Part shown: positions 37,942 through 49,900 of the stretch, in pieces
Position numbering within the stretch: the stretch's first letter is position 1
How the letters are laid out: every line of letters begins with the position of its first letter
Source: Nemertoderma westbladi
Lineage: Eukaryota; Animalia; Xenacoelomorpha
DNA: 64,000 bases
Direction of reading: 5' to 3'
Assembly: GCA_032718475.1 (NCBI GenBank)
Contig: JAUCBJ010001841.1
Location: 49,755-113,754, forward strand
Position numbers and translations under genes: made by a program
Notes under the pieces: model-generated
Databases searched by the model: none
Seen by the model: only the letters and a program-made list of their open reading frames with translations
Told to the model about the DNA's origin: nothing

Positions 37942-40900
37942 GAGTGAATACTAGAGGTCTCGCTACGCGGACCGAATATAGTTCTGAGAATTCGGCAACA
38001 GTTGTAGTTGGTATTGGTTATTGGGGTAGGGAAACTGGTATAGGACAGAGTATGGCGGCGGTTTGCATTTACGGAAATCTGGAAAGGTTTGGTCATTTTA
38101 AATTGATCATAATTGAATAGCCAATAGTAGCAGTTGAACTCACAAGCTGCTCGATGTTCGTCAAGAAGAATGTAGCTAAGAACTAACCTTGGGAGTACCC
38201 AGTATCTGTGTTATCTTAAACAGTTGGTCTACTTCAGATTTCCCATCGAATATTGGCTGGAGAGTAAACAACTCGGCTAATATACAGCCGACTGCCCATA
38301 AATCGATTGGACTATTGTAAGTAAGATCACGTAGTAACACTTCCGGCGCTCTGTACCTAAAACATTAGATCGAAAACATTAGATGTCTCACTGGAGAATC
38401 CCTCTCTTACCATATTTAAACACAGTGGGTGTACGGAGGACACTATAGCTAACTAACCCAAACGTTACTTACCATCTTGTAGACACATAGTCGGTATACG
38501 GACCAGCTGACCGAGTCTCTCTCGCTAATCCGAAGTCAGCCAACTTCACGATGTCCCCGTTACTGTCACACAGTAGATTCTCAGGTTTGAGATCCCGGTG
38601 GAAGAACCCGAATTTGTGCATGAAAGCTAGGCCATTAAGTACTTGATATATAATGTTTCGAATCGTCAATTCTGGAAACATTTTAGTTCTGAAATGTTAA
38701 TCAGTTTTAGATAAAATTCCAACATAAATCGATGTATATGTATATCCTTACTTTATTATCGTATGCTAGCTCTTCACAATTAATACTACATTGTAATACC
38801 TTATTTTTTACTTTAAAATATAACTACTACTACTACTACTAGGATCGACATGCTGCATTGCAGCTGCATTTTTACGAATGCTGTGCTGGCTTATCGACAA
38901 AATTGTACCGCCACAACTCCCTATCACCCATGACATTTGCTAGATCATCCGCATCTTCAAGGCCAGTGTCCTTTAAGATGCATCTCAAGAAAGTCATGGG
39001 CTGTCCACCATGCTTATTCACTCCATGAGGCTGCCAAAGTACAAGATTATGCACTGGCTGGTCCTCACGGCGAAAGCAATGTCCTGCAAAGCGGAGGCGA
39101 TTTTGTTCTAGTGTCAAGCTTGGGGGAACCAATGAGACATCTCCAATGTTATATAGAGTCAGCTTGGAGATGTGTGCATTGAACTTGACACAATGAACCC
39201 GGCGTAGCATTCTTGTGAATGTGCCTGGAAAGCCTATTCAAGGCTGCCCATGCCTTTCCCTTACGTATTCGAAGGTCCTCACCTGACTTCCGGATCCATG
39301 ATCCCAGGTAACAGAAGTCATCCACATGCTCAAGCATACCATCTTTTGAGCTTAAGCTCATCCGATCAGAGACTTGCTGAGGACTTTCAAAGTTAACTGT
39401 CAAAATGTTGGTCTTTCTGGAGTTAATAAAAAGACCAACACTAGAAGCAGCATGTTCTAATGAGCTGAGGAGCCGTTGGGCTCCTCAGCCGTGATTCTGA
39501 GAGTACTCCTAAGTCATCAGCAAAGTCTAGATCAGTTAGGTACTTGGCAGGATTTCCTCGACTTCTGGAGCCAGTAGGTGGAGTTATCATCACCCCATCA
39601 TCATTATGATGATCTAAGGACATGCGTAGAACATAGTCAACAACAATTATGAACAAAAATGGTGCAAGTGTGTCTCCCTGTAGGACGCCCCATAACACTT
39701 CAAATGGTTCTGTGTCACCGTCAACAGTAGACACAAATGTTGTCGAACCATCGTATACTGATCTGATTGATGCAATAATTTCATCAGGAATCCCATATAT
39801 TGAAAGTATGCTGAACATACGTGAGCGAGAGACTGAATCAAAGGCCTTGAAGAAGTCAACAAAGATAACAGCCAGATGCCTGTCTTTCTTTTTTGATAAC
39901 TCTTCAATTATCCTTCTAAGTGCCAAAATGGGCTCCATGGTCCCACGACCTTTACGGAACCCATTCGGATTTCCACGGAGCAGTCTCTCAATGGGATCTC
40001 TGATGCGATTTAATAGAGTTCTATTGTATAGCTTTGCAGCAATTGAGATCAATGAGATTCCCCGAAAAGAACCATAGAGTGTTAGGTTGCCCTTCTTGGG
40101 AACTGGCACCAACTTATTTGTTTTCATTTCTTGTGGGACTCTTGTTGTACGGTACATGTCTACTATGATGGGATAGATGAGCTTTAAACACTCAGGTATG
40201 TTAAAGACCTCAGGGGGAACACCATCTACTCCACCGGCACTAATTTTAATTAAATGACATTGTGGTGTCTTTTTCTAAGATTAAAACAATCGTTTTATTT
40301 CATTATGTAAGTACAACAATACAAACTCACCTGTCCTTCATCAGCTGGAGTAGATTGCGAGGCATGTACTCAAATATAAAATGCAAAATGTCCGTCTCCC
40401 TCTCCCTTATAACTTCCCTCAGTTTCACGATGTTTTTATGACCTTCTTTATGGCTGAGCTTTGAGAGAGACTAAAACACAAATAAATAAAAAATCACAGG
40501 ATTTCATAGAATTCGTAACATCAAGGCAAAGTTATAGGTGATGTTGACCAGGTCCTTCTTGGAGCCTCCTTGCCACTGCATCCTTTAAACCGGCCATTCA
40601 GTCAAAACTACAGTCCCTCAAAGTGCTAATTGATCGACTGGTACATGTTAATGTTGTCCAAGAAGCATAGCTGTCAGACTCGGTGGCCTTGTATCCGCAG
40701 TTTATAAGACTTAGCTCTACCCTGTTTTATATCCTCTATCCATTCCACCAACACCCTCCTTAACTCCATCCTATCCAATACAGTTGGGCTGGAGCCATCG
40801 AGTGAATTGGTCGTAGCAGTTAATGCTTGGAGCGAGGAGATTACATCAGGTGAGGAACCCAGCAACGGTGAAGATCAGGAATAATCATACATCATGGGAT

Positions 40901-43900
40901 ACAATCTCTGTAGCAACAAAAACTTCGAAAGACTTGCTTTCAGAATCCAACCAAGTTGAAGCAGCACGCATAGCTGTAGCAGCACAAGTGGATGTTGGAC
41001 TTTGCCACCCTATTCCACCTTTGGGGACATACTACTACTACTAGGTCGAGCGAACTCGGACAGTGGAAATGAGATCCTTCCAGGCTTCCCGATTCTCCAT
41101 AGTTGTCGCAATTTCGTTTCTCCTAAGTTCAGTATCCCTTTCAAGTTGATCTATATCTGTTATGGCCGGTCGTCCACGACTACGCTTTCCATGAGTTGGT
41201 TGTCAGAAAAGTAGATCTGGTATAACCTCGTCTTTACTTCGCCAGCAGTGCCCACTGAATCTTAATCTGCGTTCACGGAGGGTGGTTGATACAGGTGGTA
41301 TTGTACCATAAAGCTCGGCGTTTGTCATGTGTTGTCTCCAGCTGATGTTTAGGGCTGCCCTTAGTAGTCTTGTGTAGCAACCATCAATTCGTTGTTCAAG
41401 TGATTTAGTCAGTGTCCAGGTCTCACCCCCATATAAAAATACACTTTCCACTGTGGCTCGAAAGAACTTAGTCTTCAGGTGCCTGGAGAGATCTGATTTC
41501 CAGATGGTATCCCTTTTTGATAGAGCTACCCAAGCCTTTGCTTTCCTAACTTCTATGTCCTTTTTGCTACTCTCTATCCATGATCCAAGGTACTGGAAGT
41601 CATCGACCTTCCTTAGTTGATTATTATCAATGGTTGTCAAGTTTCCATCAACATTAAAGGTCATGAATTCGGTCTTTGTAGCATTTATATGCAATCCAAC
41701 CTCCTTAGCAGCCCTCTCCACTTTATGTAGTAGAAGCTGTGCATCTGCTAGGGTATTAGAGAGCAGGGCGATGTCATCCGCAAAGTCGGTGTCTGTGACT
41801 GTAGTTGCCGGATATCTACTACTTCTGCGTTCTTGAAGTGTGAATCCCAGGTCTTCACCCTTTGTGGCCGTCCTCATTGCGTAATCCAGCACAATTACAA
41901 ATAGTAATGGTGCTAATGTGTCACCTTGCAGTACGCCAGCCAGGATTGAGAAAAACTCAGTTTCACCATCTGGTGAGAGTACCTGCGCTTCTGTGTCACA
42001 ATATAACAATCCAATGCCAGCAACAATTACTTCTGGTATTCCATAAGCTCTTAGGATTTCAAGCATTTTACCTCTATGGATGGAGTCGAATGCCTTCTTG
42101 AAGTCCACAAAAGTCATGACAACGGGGAGATTCTTTGACTTAATTCCTTCAATCAGTCTCCGTAGTGCTAGTATCTGAGCTATTGTTGATCTACTTGGTC
42201 GAAATCCGTTTTGGCTCTTACGCAGTAGTTTCTCTATGTGAGGCCTAATCCTATATAGAATCATTTTATTGTATATTTTGGCAGCTACCACAAGCAAACA
42301 GATCCCACGATAGTTTGTTGGTATGCCGAGGTCTCCTTTCTTGGGGAGAGGCTTTAGTTGACCTTTAGTCCAAATTGGTGGTGGCTTTTCCCCTTCTAAC
42401 ATCCGGTTGCAAACATTCAATAATGGTCTGTTTAGCACTCCGGTTTTCCATACCTCCGCTGGGATTTCATCTAATCCACTCGCTTTATTATTGGACATGC
42501 TTTTAATGCTTCTTTGGAGTTCGGCAGGTGTGAAGTCCCCTGTTTCTATAGGTAGTGTCTTGTCATATATTTTCCTTGTAAGGCTGACCTCGATGTTTGG
42601 TGGCTGCCCAAGCAAGTTGTTGAAGTGATTTTTCCACTTCCCAAAACGTTCTTCAGGACTATCGGCTTTGAGGCGCCCCTTTGCACAACTTTTCCGACCA
42701 GATACCTCATTTACAGTTTGCCAGGTAAGTCTTGATTGTTGCTGTATGTGAGCAGTTGTAATTGCTTCAGTTTTATCCTGTATGTACTTTTCCTGGCTGA
42801 TGTTGTAGGCCAATTTAAGATCGTCCTTAGCTTTCTCAACCTTGTTAATGTTTTCGGTTGTTCGGTTTTAACTTTGTAGGCTATCTTAAGTTCTTCTCTC
42901 TTACAAGTAACCTCAGAGTTTTGCCATGGCACATATTGTTTTCGTTTGGGTTTCTGGGGGATATGCCTCTTAGCTGATTCCTTGTGGGCTGTTATTATAT
43001 TCTGGTATATTGAATTGGTGGATTGGTCTTCATCCATTGACTGAAGTGCTTCAAAGCGGTTTTGAACTTCTACTGTATAAGCATCCTTTACAGCATTGTC
43101 AGTTCTGAGTTTTTCCCAGTCATATTTGATTTGCTTGCTTGTCCTGGGTTTGCTGGCTCTCAAACTGAGTCTGATCTCTGCAGTCACAATTCTGTGGTCC
43201 GAACCAATTAGGTTGAACGAGCTGTATGCCTCGCAGTTGATCATGCTGTTTCTCCACTTTTTGTTTATGAGGATGTAATCCAGTTGTGCTTTGGTTCCAT
43301 TAGGATATTGAAAGGTCCATAGCTTCTCCTTACTCTTTTCGAATGTGTTGTTTGTTGGTATCAATTCACATTCTTCCATTAGGTCTAAAAGTAAGTACCC
43401 ATTTCTGTTAGAACTGGTGTTATAGGTGTAACCCTTGATGTCTTCTGGGCCAATTTGGGCATTCAGGTCACCAGCAATGACTTTAACATTGTGTTTCGGA
43501 ATGTCCTTTATAAGTCCAGTCAGTTCTTCATAAAACTTGACTGGAGACATATCTGGAGTCTAATGCTCTGCAGATTGGTATAGCGCAAAGAGTGGGTGAA
43601 CCTATTTGTCACAAACACACATGAAAGTGTGGGAAGGAAATGGATATTCACGGGCACCATGCGCTGTCCTGTCGAAACAGCATGCGGGCCGATACCCTCG
43701 ACACGCAGCTCTCAACGATGTGGTGTAGCGCTCCTCATTAATGCTGGTCTACCGTCCGTATTGGAGCCCACCGGATTAGATAGATGAGACGGGAAGCCCC
43801 CAGATAGAATGACCATCTAACCCTACGCGAAAGGCCGGTGTCTGGTGTGGGATGCCACTTGTGTTGACACTTTCGCACAAACCAACATACTCCGTTCGCT

Positions 43901-46900
43901 ACACAATTATTATGACTTTAGTAGGTTTAAAGTTAGAAACCTTCAAGGTAAGAGTGTAGAGTGATGATATTATTATTGCGTTGTTGTACAGAATGATATA
44001 GCTGGCATGGAAAACTCTTTGTTTTGGTATCTCAAGTGATTAATCCAAATCCCTTTTGTGCCATCCGATTTTCAGATCTAATCATTTATTCTTGCTTTGA
44101 AGGTGGGTACACAATTGAACCGATCATAGAGGTTCAGATGACAATATTCTTGACTCACTCAGGTAATTGAAGCATTGCTTGATATGCCAATATCGCAATG
44201 ATCTAGTGTTGATTTGAGCGTTAAGAACCCGCCTATCCCTTTTGTGCATTATCGTGACTTATTCACGTTTTAATCAGTTGCAGTTCTGAGTTCGAGTGAT
44301 AAACTATTAAAGATTGCCGGTGCGGCAAACGAAAAGCAGCGACCACCGTAATATTAGAGTCTGTGGGGACTTTTAGAGTCCAGAGATATTAGGTTATAGT
44401 AGTTCTAGAATGTAGGCCGGTACGTTGCATTTTTTTAATAAGAAAAAATTATAACAATGTAAAGAGATTTCAAATCGTTGGCAATATTGACGTAGTTAAA
44501 GAATTGCGGAAAAATAATAATTGATATCATTGTGTGTAATCACTTTACATGATTACAGTGGAAGTTCAGTTGGTTTAAATGTCGAGCGAATAGAGGTTGG
44601 TAAAGAAGACGAGATCTGTAATACGACTTCTTTGTACACTACAAAGCAGTGTAAAGTGTTTTAGAGAGAAAAGTTAGTATAAGAGAGAAAAAATAATAAT
44701 TACTTCCAGATTTATATTACTTATTGATAATTAAATACAAATTGAATAAAAATCTACGCACGATGAAAACTACCTAGGAACTTGGACGGAATGTGTTTAG
44801 CGGCGCTAATTATTCAGATAAATTTTCTGTATTAATTACAAAACTAAAATTTCCGCTACTTTCAGGAACACGAAATGTATTTCTACCACTAACTGCGCGA
44901 CTGGGAGAACAATTCACATATATTTAATTCCCAGCAGGAATAATAAATAAATAAATTTATTTTATGTCTAAAACTACCGTGAAAAAGTACAACAAAGGAA
45001 GACACTTGAGGTCTTCAAACACCCCCGGCCGGCATCCCTTCCTAGTTTTTACTGAAAGACTCTGAATATATTTTTACTTAAGCGTTTAAGAAAATGTATC
45101 ACCTCTGTTCAAAGGCAATTTTGTTTTTTGGTAAGTTATCAGATTGTCTAAGTCTAAGTCCAAAATGGTCTACAAGGTACAGGACATATCACTCCGTAGA
45201 TCTGTTACTACGATATATGAACACTTGTTGGTGCGCTGATAAAAATGACGCGATTTCAAGGTTTTAAACATAAATTTAAATAAACCCAAACTTATCACAG
45301 AATGTGCGCGTGGACCATCAATGTGAGTTAAATAACTTGCAAAATGTCCCAATTATATGACGTTTTACGAAACTAAAATGATAAATATGAATGAAATATT
45401 ATACCAAGGCCACATACAGCACATCTTATACTCCAAAAGGACAAGAAAACAATTTAGAAAACCTACAGACGAACTAAAAATAACGATATTGGTATTATTT
45501 ATTGCCACTAAGTATTCAAGACTCGTCCATTAGCAGTACAACCAGGGCGCTCCACCCGGTAAAGGGATGAGTCCCCTGTCCCTTCCCGGTGGAATCGCTG
45601 TAGGACTCCCAGATATAACCCGTCCGGACGTACTGCCGGTACACGGTCCGCACGAGGTTGCCCTGGAGTCGGGAGCGCAGCTCGCGAGCCCTATGGCGAT
45701 GCGGCCCGGCGACCAGCTCGTAGTGCCGCAGCCCCTCCACGACGAGGTAGTTGATGTTCACCCAAACGGCGCCGCGCCAATACGGGGGATCGTGTTCAGT
45801 GTTCCGCTTCATATACAGCGGGTGTCGACGCGACAAGGATCGGAGTCCGTACGGCGTCCACAGCAACGTGGGGTCGTCTAGCTCCTCCAGCAGTCTCCCT
45901 AGCAACGGGGAGTCCGCGGGGAGTAACTTCATAGCCAACGGGAAGAGACTCACGTAGCCGAAGGAGTCGACGAATCCGAGTTTAGGTTCCTCGAGGACTT
46001 TACGATATTTCTGGGGTTTCGATTCCCCCGGGGGGCCGCCGGGGGGCGAGGGGGGACGGACCAATGTCACCTTCCCGCTGTGCAGCCCGTAGTCGGCGAA
46101 GGCGTTCAGCTCGGTGGACCAGTGCTGCGAGACGACGCTGGCACTGAGTTGGGACGCGGCGACGAGGAACCGCTCGGCGGGTTCGCCTACCGCGGTCGCG
46201 ATGCGGCCCAGAACCCCCGAGATCCGCGCCATCCAGCACAGCAGATCGAGATGGCGCTCGTGGTCCCCGGGATGGCTCGCCCGCGGGTAGTCGTCCAGCC
46301 CGGAGGTCAGCGTCTTGGGGTTGAGTTCCGCGGTGGTCGTCGCGTTCCGGCCCCGCCAGCGGTACGCCCCGTAGCGGCTCGTCTGGGTCGCGTTGAACCA
46401 GTCGTACCAGGCGACCAGCCGGGGGAAGGCGGCCCGGAGGAACTCCGGGGACGACGACCGCAACGAGTCTAGCGCGAGAAGCAACGAGGGCGGGTTCGCG
46501 TCGGTGTTCCGCTGCACGACGAACTCCGAGGGAACCCGCGCCCGGGCCTCCAACCCTAGGATGGTCTCCCGAGGAATCCACCCCTCCGAGTTCATAAGGT
46601 TCAACCAATGGGAGGCGATGTCCCGTGCAATGTCCGGGTCCCAACGGGACACCAACAGGAGATGGAATCCCTCGTCCCAGAGGAACCCCCGGGGGAAGAA
46701 GGAACGCGAAGGAACGCCGGTGTACAAGGCGAACGGACCGAACGCGTTCACCTCCCCGGGTTCGTGGAACTCAGAAGAGACGAAGACGTGGCCGTGGAAG
46801 TAGCCGATACCGCCGAGCATGTTGCTGACGGCGGACTGGGCGAACCCGATCTGGGAGTCGTTGAAACCCGCAGCGGAAGAGATCCCGAACACCCGAGCGA

Positions 46901-49900
46901 ACTTTACATCGAACTCGGAGGATAAGCGAGCGAGTAGTGCGGAGAGTTGCGGGCCAACGGGGGCGGGTTGCTGAGTGGAGTAGGAGACCTCAAGGACCAG
47001 GGGGAGGGAGCCGACCAGTTGGTAGGCGACGAGGTCCGGGGTTCGACCCTCGCTGCGTCGGTCGCCGGACAGCAGATGGACCGAGCGCCCCTCGGTCGGA
47101 CGGATCGAGGATTCCAGTACCGAGTTAAGTTGATGGAATCCTTGGTGGTTGCCTAAGAAATAGGAGGTCGTCCGTTGCGATTGGTTGTCGCTATGGAAAC
47201 CCAGACGAAACCAGCCGAGCTCGGAGGAGCGGCCTTGCACCGAGTCTAGATTTACGCCGTCCATAACGGGTTCCAGCTCATTGTAAGGGTCTTCCGTGGC
47301 GATATACACGACGAGAGACACCGGGTTGTTAGAACCCCGCTCGGTAGCCTTGGTAACTGCTATCCGCGCCGACCAGCCGCCCCATAGCGGTTGTTTCGCG
47401 AACTCGGTACGCAGTACCACCGACCCGTCCACGATCTCTTGCGAGCCGAAGTTGCGTCCGTCGTGTTTTGTCCACCCGTAGCGCTGCAGACCGTCGCCAT
47501 GACGACAGTCGTGACGCACCGCGGGGGTCCCCCGGGTCTCGGTCCACCAGGCCAACCCGACCACGGGGGATCCGGGGACCCGAGCCTTCATCCCGAAGTA
47601 GACCCCCGGTCGGTAGCTGCCCCACAACATCCCCGGATCCGAGTCCGTTACCGGGGCGACACGGGGCAGGTCGATGGGGCTGGTCACCCGGTGTCGTTGA
47701 TACATACGGTAACCAAGGTAACCCGCCCAACAGACTGCGGCTAGCGCGGACAACGCGAGCGCCACGTGCGAGGGCTGTAAAGCAAAACCGCGTTTATTCC
47801 TCTTCGCGTCGCCGCTCCGGTAATGTTGTTGTTCGCGGGAATTCGCTTTGCCATGTCTTTGCCTCACTGGCATTCTCAATAGTCTGATAAGAATATAGAC
47901 TAAAAACAACACCACACGATAACACCAACTGATTAAACGTTGATGTGACAAGACAATCATGCAAGCAAAAGCGTTTAGTTTTGAGTACCGGTACTGCTGT
48001 ACCGGTAGCTACTGAGCTAGGCAATGCTGCAACACACAGCACAACAGTCACAAAAAGTAAGAGAAAAATGTAATTAACATAAGACTGGAATAAGACTTTG
48101 CTAGACAAAAAAATATTGTATCTACATGAAGCTGACTGATGATTGATGATGATTGACAGACTGATGATAACTGGGAAGTGGCGTGGGAGCTGGAGTACAT
48201 TTAAAATGTGTACACCGCAAGGACTACAATACTACAGGACTGGCACACCCCTTCATCCGACTTCTCTAGCGAAGTCCATTGGTTTGGTATTGCTTTATGT
48301 TATAGACATTGTTATCAAAGGATTTTCATGAAATTTAGTACACACTCGTAATTATTAATAACATAATATATTTTGATGTCAAGAAATAAAGGACGAGTGC
48401 AGCGAGGCTTGTAACAAAGGGGACGAGTGTTGTGTACTAACTATTCAATATAGTCTAGAACGACCGTGTTTAGTACATTATGCGACATAAAAACTATGTG
48501 AACAGTATCCCTATTGGTAGGGGAATGTTCTGACACAGATGGACAGATGATAACGGATTCAACTAGCGGTATATTGTCTCACCCCACACTATACATGGAC
48601 CTCCCTCTCTCTATTAGGTACTTACTTTAGTAGTTACTGTAGTAGTAGTCCTTGGTGTACACCGATCGGGCTACCGGTACCTACATTAATAATGAAAGTA
48701 TTTAACATATTGCAAAATGTGGTTACGTTGCACCAATTAAGTGACAGGCCTGTCGCGTGGCAGACGGATAGTGTTTGTTAGCAAACGCTTACCTATTTGT
48801 GCTAATACTGTAACTTTCTGGGTGTTTAGTTAAGGCTGTTTGTTGCTTATAAATTTGGTAGAAATTAATATACGGTAAAATTTGATCTTTAATCAAGACT
48901 TTCAAACATAATCAGTTCAACAGACTCCCGCTAGAGGCTAAGGTCTGAAAAAGTGTAGCCACCGTTATTACACCAGTTTCGCCGCAGCCGCGCTAAACTT
49001 TATAGGAATGGAATGTAATGTATCGATGGAATGCAATGGTGTCGTTCCAAGGATCAAAATCAAATTAATTTAAAATTTTTTCGTGCCCTACCCAAAACGA
49101 AACGAACATCAACAGTACAGGTTTCAGTTTCATATTTGTCGTTGTCGGCAGTGGCTGGGTTGTCGGGTGTGTCCGTTGTCGATGTAGGCTCCCTTTTTGG
49201 GTTTACTATGTATCCTATGTAAGAATATTTGCATGTCGTGAAGGTGGTAATCATTTTTTTTTAATTGTGTGTCATCTAGGGTGTCATCCCACGCCGTGGA
49301 GCGTACGTGCTTACGTGATAAATATAACTATAAATTAATTAGAGTTCTGTCTTTGGGTGATGTCCAGCCAGCCTACTGCAAATCTTGGATGCAATCATTT
49401 ATTGGATATGGTGTCGGTGGGGGTGGAGGGAGATTTGAATTAAAATCTGCATTATGCTTATTCATATTTCTTTTACAGTTTTACTACTTCTACTGTGCTT
49501 GTGCTACTGCAGTAACTTAGGAAAGACGGCGTTTCCGTTTAATTTCATTATTTTATATTTGTATTACCGGGAGCAACAATTGTCAGTTCAGTTCAGGAGA
49601 AGTACAAGTACCGTACGCTACAAAGTGCAGTATTCTTAGTTCTCACAACTGCACAAGGCACAGATAGCTTGTTAATTTATGTATCACATCAACCAACTGA
49701 CCCTGACCATCTACGGAGATTAGAGAATTTTCAATAGCACAATGCACACACTTCACAAGATAAGGAAACAGGCACAACTTTCTGTTATTGTTAATACCAA
49801 TAAGAAATTCACAAATACAAAGAAAAAACGCAGCTATCGATCGGTAGTATAAATAAGCAATTATTATAAATCAATTCTATTTTTAATCCGGCTATTTATC

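Noticed and set aside
45567-47887. Numerous overlapping ORFs on both strands
   Set aside because: Shadow ORFs of the GC-rich MOGS CDS.
47874-47960. Upstream in-frame ATG for MOGS at 47960
   Set aside because: It would add an atypical hydrophobic segment in AT-rich sequence; the ATG at 47873 gives the usual basic tail before the membrane anchor.
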